Assembly: GCF_004010195.1 (NCBI RefSeq)
Contig: NC_057719.1
Location: forward strand, 63,884,602-63,919,675
Direction: 5' to 3'
DNA: 35,074 bases
Source: Chiloscyllium plagiosum
Lineage: Eukaryota
Within the stretch, counting starts at the first letter, position 1, and the number at the start of each line of letters is the position of its first letter. The notes beneath the pieces are model-generated. The model ran no database searches, was not told the DNA's origin, and saw only the letters and a list, made by a program, of their open reading frames with translations. Below are positions 26,075 through 35,074 of this stretch, one piece after another. A program made the position numbers and the translations under genes.

Positions 26075-26610
26075 ATAGTGAGATAAAAAGAATCTGGATA
26101 TTGATCCTCAGACATCACCAAATAGGTGATCCCATAGGAGATGTCCACACAACGCAGCATTCCAATTTCCAGGTTGATATCAGGACTGTCTTTAAAGCAA
26201 AGGATAAGCAAGTTGGGCCTATACCCATGAGGTTAGAAGAACGACAAGTGATCCTACTGAGTAGTATAAAGATTTTGAGTGAGTATGACAGACGCCGAGT
26301 GGATATTTCTAGAATCCAGAAACTGGGGGTCAATTTCTAAATGAAAGGTACACAATTTACAACTGAGATGAGGAAGAATGTCTTCTCTTAGACAAAGTTT
26401 GGAATTCGCTACTCCATAGATAGTGTAGGCTTAGTCATTGATTGTAGGCAAGGTTGAGTTGGTCAGGTTTTTGATCTACAAAAGGAATCAATGATAATTG
26501 GGGCAGTGAAAAGAGTAGGAGTTATGGACATTATCAGGTGAACCATGATCACATTGAACGGTGGATCAGACTTGAAAGACAAAATGGCCTACACTTATTC
26601 TTATTTCGTA
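26075..26610 (+). mobile_element. Old CR1 3' fragment
   Basis: RLEERQV.L...IKILSEYD and tail aaatggcctacacttattcttatttc. Confidence 0.65.
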
Positions 26611-26640
26611 AGATATTCTGGAATCAATTGTGGTGATTGC

Positions 26641-27151
26641 AACGTCATCTACAAAATTTCATCCAAGGACTGTCACAAACACTACGTAGGACAAACAGGA
26701 AGAAAGTTAGCCACCAGGATCCCGAACACCAGCTAGCCACAAAAAGACACGACCCTCTCTCCCTCGTAGCCCTACACACGGATGAAAAAACCACCATTTA
26801 GACTGGGACAATACATCTATCCTGGGACAGGCTAAGCAAAGACATGCCAGAGAATTCCTAGAGGCCTGGCACTCCAACCACAACGCCATAAACAAGCACA
26901 TAGATCTAGATGCCATCTATCAACCCCTCAGAAAACGAACAGGAAATGACATCACCACAAACCCCAGGAACCCCATCCAGGAGAAAGATATAAATAGAAA
27001 GCAGGAGACAACAGCTTCGCTTCACTTGGAGGTCGCCACTGATGATGTTACCGAGCCAGGTAATGAAACATCTGGATGTCAAACCTACAGCTCAGCGAGC
27101 AAACCTACACCCTAAACCTCAACCTGAGCTACAAACCTTCACAAACCTTGC
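26641..27151 (+). mobile_element. Penelope-like element 3' end: GIY-YIG endonuclease plus pLTR
   Basis: NVIYKISSKDCHKHYVGQTGRKLATRI, then a frameshift, then EHQLATKRHDPLSLVALH...DWDNTSILGQAKQRHAREFLEAWHS. Confidence 0.92.
27036..27075 (+). ncRNA. Minimal type I hammerhead ribozyme motif in a Penelope pLTR
   Basis: cca-CTGATGA(27039-27045)-t-gttacc-gagcca-ggtaat-GAAA(27065-27068)-c-ATC-tgg. Both core boxes are intact, with a 6 bp stem II and stem I cca/tgg. Confidence 0.8.
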
Positions 27152-27154
27152 AAT

Positions 27155-27591
27155 GAGGGAATGGTTTTTACGGAAAATGAATAGGGGTGGGGATGGAAAT
27201 ATATCCCTGGTGGTGGAGTACATTTGTAGGTGGTGAAAATGGTGGGGGATGGTGCAATGTTTGCGGAGGATGGTGAGGATCTGTGCTTGTTGCGGTTGAG
27301 GGGTGGGGTTCGAGGGCAGAAGTGCAGGACGTGGATGAGATGTGATGGAAGTGATCATTAACCACGTGGGAGGGGAAATTACAGTCTTGAAAGAAGGAGG
27401 CCACCTGGTGTGTTCTGTGGTGGAACTGGTCATCCTGGGAGCAGCTATGATAGAGGCGGAGGAATTGGGAGTAAGAAATAGCATTTTTGCAGGAGGCAGG
27501 GTGGGAGGAGGTGTAATCCACGTAACTGTGGGAGTCGGTGGGTAAGTAGAAAATGTCAGTGTTGAGTCGGTCACCGTTGATGGAGATGGCG
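27155..27591 (-). mobile_element. Penelope-like RT C-terminal fragment (inverted)
   Basis: Minus strand reads ISINGDRLNTDIFYLPTDSHSYVDYTSSHPASCKNAISYSQFLRL. Confidence 0.9.
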
Positions 27592-28530
27592 AGCTACCTG
27601 GATTACATCTCCTCCCACCCTGCCTCCTGCAAAAATGCTATCCCATATTCCCAATTCCTCCACCGCATCTGCTCCCAGGAGGACCAGTTCCACCACAGAA
27701 CACACCAGTTGGCCTCCTTCTTTAAAGCCCACAAGATGACCTCCAGTGCATCTCATCCACATCCCGCACCTCTGTCCTCGAACCCCACCCCTCCAACCGC
27801 AACAAGAACAGAACCCCCCTGGACCTCACCTTCCACACTATCAACCTCCTCATAAATCGCAAAATCCGCCAACATTTCCGCCACCTACAAACAGACCCCA
27901 CCACCAGGGATATATTTCCTTCCCCATCCCTATCCGCTTTCCGTAAAGACCATTCCCTCTGTGACTACCTGGTCAGGTCCATGCCCCCTAACAACCCACC
28001 CTCCCCTCTCGCACCCTCCCCTGCCACTGCAGGAATTGCAAAACCTGTGCCCACACCTCCTCCCTCACCTCCGTCCAAGGCCCCAAAGGAGCCTTCCACA
28101 TCCATCAAAGTTTCACCTGCACTTTCACATGTCATTTATTATACCCGTTGCTCCCGATGTGGTCTCTCTACATTGGGGAGACTGGACATCTCCTAGCAGA
28201 GCGCTTTAGAAAACATCTCCAGGACACCCGCATCAATCAACCACACCGCCCTGTGGCTGAACATTTCAACTCCTCCTCCAACTCTGCCGAGGACATGCAG
28301 GTCCTGGGCCTCCTCCATCGCCGCTCCCTCACCAACCCACACCTGGATAAAGAACGCCTCATCTTGTGCCTCAGGACCCTTCAACCCCAGGACATCAATG
28401 TGGACTTCACCAGTTCCCTCATTTCCCCTCCCCCCACCTTACCCCAGTTCCAACCTTTAGGCTCAGCACTGTCCTCATGATTTGTCCCATCTGTCAATTT
28501 TCCTTCCCACCTATCCGCTCCACACTCTTC
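27592..28530 (+). mobile_element. Penelope-like element: RT thumb, linker and GIY-YIG
   Basis: YLDYISSHPASCKNAIPYSQFLHRICS, VIYYTRCSRCGL and YIGETGHLLAERFRKHL...PVAEHFNS, with frameshifts. A terminal motif ctccagcatctgcagtcctcactttctc lies at ~28671-28698. Confidence 0.93.
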
Positions 28531-28699
28531 TCAGCCCATTGTTCCTGAACTAGATTGTTAAATAAGCATCATTACCTCATGTCTTTACACATGATTTTAT
28601 CCAACTAGTGATCCAATGCCCACTCTTATCCTTCAGTTGAGATTTCCTATCCATATTTGTAGGGACAGATCTCCAGCATCTGCAGTCCTCACTTTCTCC

Positions 28700-28890
28700 A
28701 TATTTCTAGGCAATGTGTTCCATATTCTGAATACTTGCTTGTTTTGCAAATCATTTTAAATCTGTGCCCTCTTGTTCTTGAGCATTTTGCAAGCAGGAAC
28801 AGTTTCTCCCCATCTACGCTATCCACGCCCCCCTCAATTTTAAAATCCCGTATCAGATCTCCTCTGAGCCTTCTTGCCTCCAAGGAGGGA
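28700..28890 (-). mobile_element. CR1 ORF2 C-terminal fragment
   Basis: SLEARRLRGDLIRDFKIEGGVDSVDGEKLFLLAKCSRTRGHRFK. Confidence 0.85.
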
Positions 28891-28944
28891 GAGAAATAAA
28901 AAAAAAGGGTTTGAGTTAGCACTGATTCATGTTGTATATATGGT

Positions 28945-29290
28945 GGTCAGGCTTTGAAGAGTAAAGAGGTAAGGGACTCACCACAGAATTCCTAATTTCT
29001 AAACTGCTCTGGCGCTGCAATATTTATTCAACTGATCCAATTCCTCCAGAGACGGAGTCCCGACTTCACACGGAGCATACCCTATGCTAAATGGGACAAA
29101 CTTCTAAAAGATGTGGCATCTCAAGATCGGGCATCCATGAGACATTGTGGGTCATCAACAGGAACAGAATTATGTCCCTCATGCAATAAAGCGTACAAAA
29201 GGACATGTCAGGAGCAGCAATATGCACACCTAAAGAAATGAAATGTCAACCTGATGAAGGTACAACACCAGGCTACTTTCACACAGCTCC
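28945..29290. mobile_element. LINE fragments, probably the same family as 18510-19110
   Basis: YANWD-like segment then LATQDWASMR.CG-like segment at 29083-29150. Recognised from memory; decayed. Confidence 0.45.
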
Positions 29291-29429
29291 TGATCTCATT
29301 ATAGCTTTGGCTCAAACAGGGACAAAACGGTGTCCTAACAACAGGTTAGCTGTAGCTCAATATTATCTTGGGGGCAATTAGGAGTGGGCAATAAATGTTG
29401 ACCCAGCCCTAATGAATAAAAATAGATGA

Positions 29430-29870
29430 AAACCATTTACCTCAGCATTGAATATACTCAAATGAGCAGCCATAGATTCCCAACCCAGATTGAAGAATCT
29501 CCTTAACTCAGTCCAAAACAATCAATCCCTTATCCAGAGACCCTTTGTCTACACTTTCAATCTTCTTCAGAACTTTCCTTTCCAATAAAATCACTTCTAA
29601 TTCCTCTAAGCTCCAGACAGGCTGAGTAATTGGATCTCATCATGGGATGAGAAAAATATCCTAAGATGCAAACTTCACTGTACTGCCTCCCATGTATATC
29701 TATCCTTCCTTGAATATGGAAATAAAAACTGCACATGGAACTCCAGCTATGGTCCCACTAAAGCTAATATTAATAATAATCATCAAGGTTTAATTGTTCT
29801 TGCACTCTTCTTTCCTTGTAAAAAAGCAAAACGTGCCATTTGCCTTCTTAAATGCTTGGTGTACCTTCAG
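29430..29870 (-). mobile_element. Old CR1 fragment
   Basis: aaaactgcacatggaactccagctatggtcccactaaagct is the reverse complement of ALVGP.LEFHVQF. Confidence 0.65.
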
Positions 29871-30129
29871 TTAAAGATTAAATCAAAATCGTTCAAATTA
29901 AGATTTTTGTAGCCATTCTGAATCTTGTAGCTTTAAGATTACTGTTTTTGGCAGGCTGCTACTACTGGCTCCCAGGCATAAATTCCCCTTTAATCAATTG
30001 CATTGTGTACCATCTACTAATTTGTGCACTGTTTGTTCTATGGTGGCTTCACTTTGAAGCTTAGGCCATTCACTTTCATTCTGTTCTACAGCAGCAGATG
30101 CTGTTGCAATTCGTAACCAATATTGTATA

Positions 30130-30300
30130 GAATTGGAAAGAATGTACAATACAGAATCAGACCATCCAGCTCAACTGGCCTATGGTAGTTTTAATATTCC
30201 ACAAGAGTTTCCTCCCACCCTTTTATCTAACTCTGTCACCAGGACCTTCTATTGTTTTCACTTTGAGTTTATATAGCTTCCCGTTAAGCACATCCCATCA
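30130..30300 (-). mobile_element. CR1-type 3' tail fragment
   Basis: gaatgtacaatacagaatcagaccatccagctcaactgg resembles an inverted CR1 tail. Confidence 0.5.
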
Positions 30301-30313
30301 AAATACTGTTAGT

Positions 30314-31331
30314 GCATGGCTGACCAGGAGACTTTCCCACTCTTATTGCCTGCCATAGGAATAATGGAAGGATTAACTGTTGGAAAGTTGACAATCATCC
30401 TGCTTGGCAAAGCTGTGAACACACCTGTGATCATTAGTCCTTGAGTGGAATTAAATCTAGAGCTTTTGACTCCGAAGCTGGAACTGTACAACGTTTTGTC
30501 TCCAAATCCCTTAGGTCATCAATTATTCTAGGAGATCATTAATTTGGATGACTGGAATACTTTGCCAAACTTTTTTGTTTGAGGTGATCTCCTTCACCGT
30601 GAAGCACCGATCAGGTTCTTGCATCATAGGAGCTGACAGTCAGTTCCAGGAGTCAGTTCCTGTTCTCAGTAAAAAAAACAAGGACCACCTCATGTCAGGT
30701 TTTATGCTGACAAATGTGAGATTCCATCTACTTTTGAGCAACCTGTTAATTCAAACCATGAAAAATGACCTCTTGGGCATGGAGCAGTACGTTTGAGTGG
30801 CCAAATGGCTTACTTCTGCTCCAAGTTTCTCACTTTTTTTTTTGACAGTACATTCAGGAAAGTATTGCAGATAAAAGTTTGTGAGAACTTCTACCTTGCA
30901 TGGTTTGAATTAACAGGTTGCTCAAAAGTAGATGGAATCTCACATTTGTCAGCATAAAACCTGACATGAGGTGGTCCTTGTTTTTTTACTGAGAACAGGA
31001 ACTGACTGTCAGCTCCTATGATGCAAGAACCTGATCGGTGCTTCACGGTGAAGGAGATCACCTCAAACAAAAAAGTTTGGCAAAGTATTCCAGTCATCCA
31101 AATTAATGATCTCCTAGAATAATTGATGACCTAAGGGATTTGGAGACAAAACGTTGTACAGTTCCAGCTTCGGAGTCAAAAGCTCTAGATTTAATTCCAC
31201 TCAAGGACTAATGATCACAGGTGCGTTCACAGCTTTGCCAAGCAGGATGATTGTCAACTTTCCAACAGTTAATCCTTCCATTATTCCTATGGCAGGCAAT
31301 AAGAGTGGGAAAGTCTCCTGGTCAGCCATGC
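30314..31331. repeat. Near-perfect long inverted repeat (arms 30314-30760 and 30899-31331; spacer 138 bp)
   Basis: The arms are reverse complements. The only differences I found are one substitution, one homopolymer base and a 13 bp local duplication in the left arm. The ORF track shows mirrored ORFs. Confidence 0.97.
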
Positions 31332-32239
31332 TTGATGTCCCTCAACTGCCTGGCCTCAGGCTAGCAAATCATTCCAGTTAAAAATACAAACTATGAAAAG
31401 TCATAAGCGTGTGCTTTGGCTGCCTGATGTATCACTAAACACAGGCAGTTAAAGAAAGCTCACAGGGAATTTGTCCTGCTTTTCTCACCCTAATTGGCCT
31501 GAGTTTTTAAATCTTTTATTTTTGTCTTTCCTAGCAATGGGATGGAGAGTTTTTGCAAAGCTCAAACTATTGTAGTTTATTGGGATAGGCTGGATGAAAA
31601 GGTTTCTTTTCTTGTCTGTAATTCTATGCATCATCACAAACAAATACATACCAACACATCCCCATTTTCAGAATGAGCCACTGAGAATTGAATGGGACAA
31701 GTAAAGCTGCCTTTTTTCCCCTCCTCTTCTGCCTGGAGGTGTTGATGTTTATATATGAAAAGATATATGTTCTTGAACAGAGTCCAAGTTAACACTTCTA
31801 CAGTGAGAATTTTGTTTCAGTTAACCACACTGCATAAAACTCTCACTCCGTTGACAACCAGCTCCGCCTATTCATACAACCAGTATAAACAACCCAATTA
31901 ACAGATCCATCATCTGTTCCCTTGTCCATTAAGTCTCAGGCAACCCTTCAGACCACATTAGGTTTTAACAATTGGAAACCAACTGTAGCACTCAGTTGAT
32001 TGTGCTGATTTCATCATGCATGACTACAAATCAAATCTTCCTTTTCTTAAAGAAAATAAACAATAAATTATGGCGTAAGTGCAGGAAATATGTAGGTAGT
32101 CAGCTGGAATTTGACACAATATGAGAAAACAGCTCAATGCTTTAGGTTGAATCTGTCAGGAGAGGTCAAAAGGACAGCATTTGATATAATTGATAAGGTC
32201 TCCAGAATCAAGTGCTCAATTTCAAAGAATAAAGTATAC

Positions 32240-33135
32240 TGCCGACGTGCAGGCACTCACTTTATAGCCTGCTATGAGGTCGGCACTGAGAACTGCCATG
32301 ACAAATTCTGGTTCACTGGATACTGAGAGTTGCCTGGTTTGTTTTTACTGTGACACCATATTAGCACAATGCCGAAAGAGATGGTCACGCCATTCATACA
32401 GCACTTTACAGTATTCAAAGTTTCTGAGATCATTCGGTATGAATACTTAATCCCTAAAGTAATTGACAGATATACTTCAGCAGATACTAGATGTTGTGCT
32501 TATCGTGGGGATCTAGCAATATTACGTCGTAATCATACAATAAACAAGAGCGGTGGCAATCATATTATCATTGTCCCCAGTCCCTCAAAACAAGGATAGC
32601 AACTTCCGAGCTTCATGTGTGCCCTCAGGTAATTCAGCACAGCAATCGGGATACTTGCACAAAAAAGACAAAAAAAAATGCCCGAGGAAGGGGTGGCGAT
32701 TCTTAAGTCAACATCATGCTTTCACTCCTACTTTAGGCACTGCCCTGCGGCAGTTCTGAACCCAGTTTCCCTCCGTGTTACGGCTTGTTGAATGAAGTGT
32801 TGCAATGTTGCACGGTTTACCACTAGTTCCTCTCATACACCAATGTCAATTTGTCCAATTTTCAATAAGGCCTTCTTTGATTCCTCAAAACAATTTGCAC
32901 AACTGTACACAGATCAGTCAGGGGCTGCAAACCTACTCACGCGCGCCATTAGTGGACTACTTGTAACAGAGCTACAACATCGTGGTCCCATTGGTTGTGA
33001 CTTTGTGATGACTTTCTAAACGTGTTGCGTGGGAATGACAGGTGAAACAGCTTACGGCTGATGTTTGGTTCCTGGGGAGACGGCATCTAGCGCCTCCTGC
33101 ATTTCCTGTTTCCTAGCCGTCAGCAACTCCGTCAA
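32240..33135. promoter_or_regulatory. CpG-retaining, promoter-like region
   Basis: About 29 CpG in ~900 bp by hand count, versus 4 in 1101-2000. Contains ATTGG (32990-32994), YY1-like CGCCATT (32944-32950 region) and GACTAC/CTACA motifs. No repeat recognised. Confidence 0.5.
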
Positions 33136-33659
33136 ATAAAATGCAAGTGCTTCTAGCTGTGTAAATGATTTAGATCAACTGATGTATCCCGTATAAAGTT
33201 AGTTAGGAAGTGTAATATTTGTTTCTTTGATCAAACTTTTGGTTGCCTGTCCTAATGTCCTAAATTTTGCCTCAGGATTTTGAACTACATAAAAGGTGCT
33301 GCATAAATATAAATTGTTGAAAAAATGTCAAATGCATGGCAAAATCTCAAAGGCAATTTCAATATCTCTGAATATTTTAGTTATATTTGACACGTTTTTA
33401 AAATATATATTAGATGACATATACTTTAGTTACCACTTCGTGCAAGTAAATTATTTGGAGTGCTGTTTCTTTGTCAGGTAGCTAGTGGGGCAGGATCATT
33501 GGACAGAGAATTTATAGTAGAAGATCAAAGTGTCATACAACTGATGCGATGTATCGAACAAATCTAGCTTGCTGTTAAGTTTCTAATCACTTCGAATAGG
33601 AATGCAGTTTTCGATTGATTAATCACTTTGATATTTTACTATAAATTCTGTATCTCTTG

Positions 33660-33760
33660 ATCCTGCTCCACTAGCTACCTGATGAAGGCTTGAGCTTTCC
33701 TACTCCGAAAGCTTGAGCTTTCAAATAAACCTGTTAATTATAATGTAGTGTTGTGCAGTT
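33660..33760 (+). mobile_element. Penelope-type pLTR fragment with hammerhead motif
   Basis: c-CTGATGA(33679-33685)-agg...tcc-GAAA(33707-33710)-gctt, followed by caaataaacctgtt. Confidence 0.65.
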
Positions 33761-34687
33761 TTTTTATTAGCAGACGAAGAATGAGTTTCATTCATTCACT
33801 AGATGTTTTTTTCAAATTACAAACATTTTTAATAGTATTTACTGTCTTTAACCAGAACAATGGACGAGGCCCAAACATTTACATGGGGTAAGCAAAGCAC
33901 CACCACTAACAATAAAATTTGGGAAAAAATAGTTTTGTTTCAAATACTTGCTACATTAATAAAATGAATATAATGATCAGTTGCCACTGTCCAATTCATA
34001 ATTGCCACCCAGCTGTCTGTCATGTGGTAGAACTGTGTTACTGTGCAGATTGTGGTGCGCTTTGTAGTACAGTTACTAATTCCAGACTGGTAGCTCACAG
34101 CTTACGTTGTTAATTGTATTCCAATGACTTGGAAGTAACTCAGCATGTCTGTTTAAGTGAGCACACACAAATCTTCACTCCGGTTTGTATTTGTCAAGAG
34201 TGTTAATAGAGGGAATCAAAGGTTCTACTTTCCAATCAAATTTTGTTAGAAAACACATTGGTAATAAAACACCTGAAGAGATCCATGAATCGATTAAAAC
34301 AATACTGGGCTGATTCGTCAGATGGGGAAAAAAACACTTGCATTCATACAGAGGCTTTCATTATCACAGGAGGTTTCGATGTATTTTACAGCCAATGATA
34401 GATGTGTAGTCACTATTGCAATGTAGAATATGCAGCAAACAATTTGCAAAATGTATGGTTTAAACATTTTGGCATGACAATAACAGTGAAATCTGTACAT
34501 TGACTGTCAATGTGGTTTCCTCTGAATTGCCCTTCCAACCCCTCCAAAACTAGGTGATAAGGGAATTTCTATTGTTACTATTGTGTTTTAGTTCATGCAG
34601 GAATCCAAATTGCTGTGACACCATGCATTTTTTTCATGCATTTGTGGCCTCAAATTACAAATTGGGATGGTAGCAGCTCCAATATCC

Positions 34688-35074
34688 TGTTACACAGATG
34701 GCTGACCATGAATATGGCTGTAAGAGCTGCTCCTTTGTTTGAGGTATTTTAGGTGTTGGAGGTGATTTCCTCGAATTCCAGGAGCAGCAATTACTGTTTT
34801 ATATGCTGTTGCATTGTTTCAGAACTTTGGAAAAAAAAGTCAAAACAACAGCAGTTTAAAAGGGAGAAGAGCAGACAAAGGAAGCACATGGTGAGGACAG
34901 TGCAGGAGAGAGAGAGAGAAAAAACCTGCATAGTTACCACCTTTTCTGTTTGAATTCGTGTATCGCTGGACATCGGAGTGCATCTGGGAAAATTAACAAA
35001 CAGTGAAATTCACAACTAATCTTGGAGGAACTGTTGGGCGAAGTTCACAGCACAGAATCAGATAAGTTAATTGT
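34688..35074. mobile_element. Possible LTR running off the window end
   Basis: Starts TGTTAC, a common LTR terminus, with a change in composition. The other end is not visible. Confidence 0.3.

Noticed and set aside
29251..29280. CTGATGA as another hammerhead
   Set aside because: There is no downstream GAAA box, and it lies in a LINE remnant.
30309..31381. Mirrored ORF pairs as duplicated small genes
   Set aside because: They are a by-product of the inverted repeat, short, and have no recognisable homology.
33078..33097. CTCF-like motif (ggcatctagcgcc)
   Set aside because: It mismatches at core positions and is too weak without ChIP data.

Overview
This is vertebrate nuclear DNA; the repeat content suggests a cartilaginous fish (shark), which is an inference. 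The only recognisable host gene is the 3' end of gephyrin (GPHN) on the + strand. It has three coding exons (2519-2622, 12455-12551, 13444-13577) with canonical GT-AG junctions and consistent phase, followed by a ~0.8 kb 3' UTR that resembles my recollection of the mammalian UTR. Most of the remainder is decayed retroelements: CR1 LINEs (one with an SGNH-esterase ORF1), L2, a Rex/Babar-like tail, SINEs and Penelope-like GIY-YIG elements with hammerhead-ribozyme motifs. The 9.8 kb intron is largely one old L2 split by nested insertions. Unexplained structures are a near-perfect ~440 bp inverted duplication (30314-31331), a CpG-retaining promoter-like region (~32240-33135) and several minus-strand exon-like segments. 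I see no prokaryote-type system, tRNA, rRNA or CRISPR, and cannot claim a new biological system. Repeat boundaries and family names are by eye and approximate.
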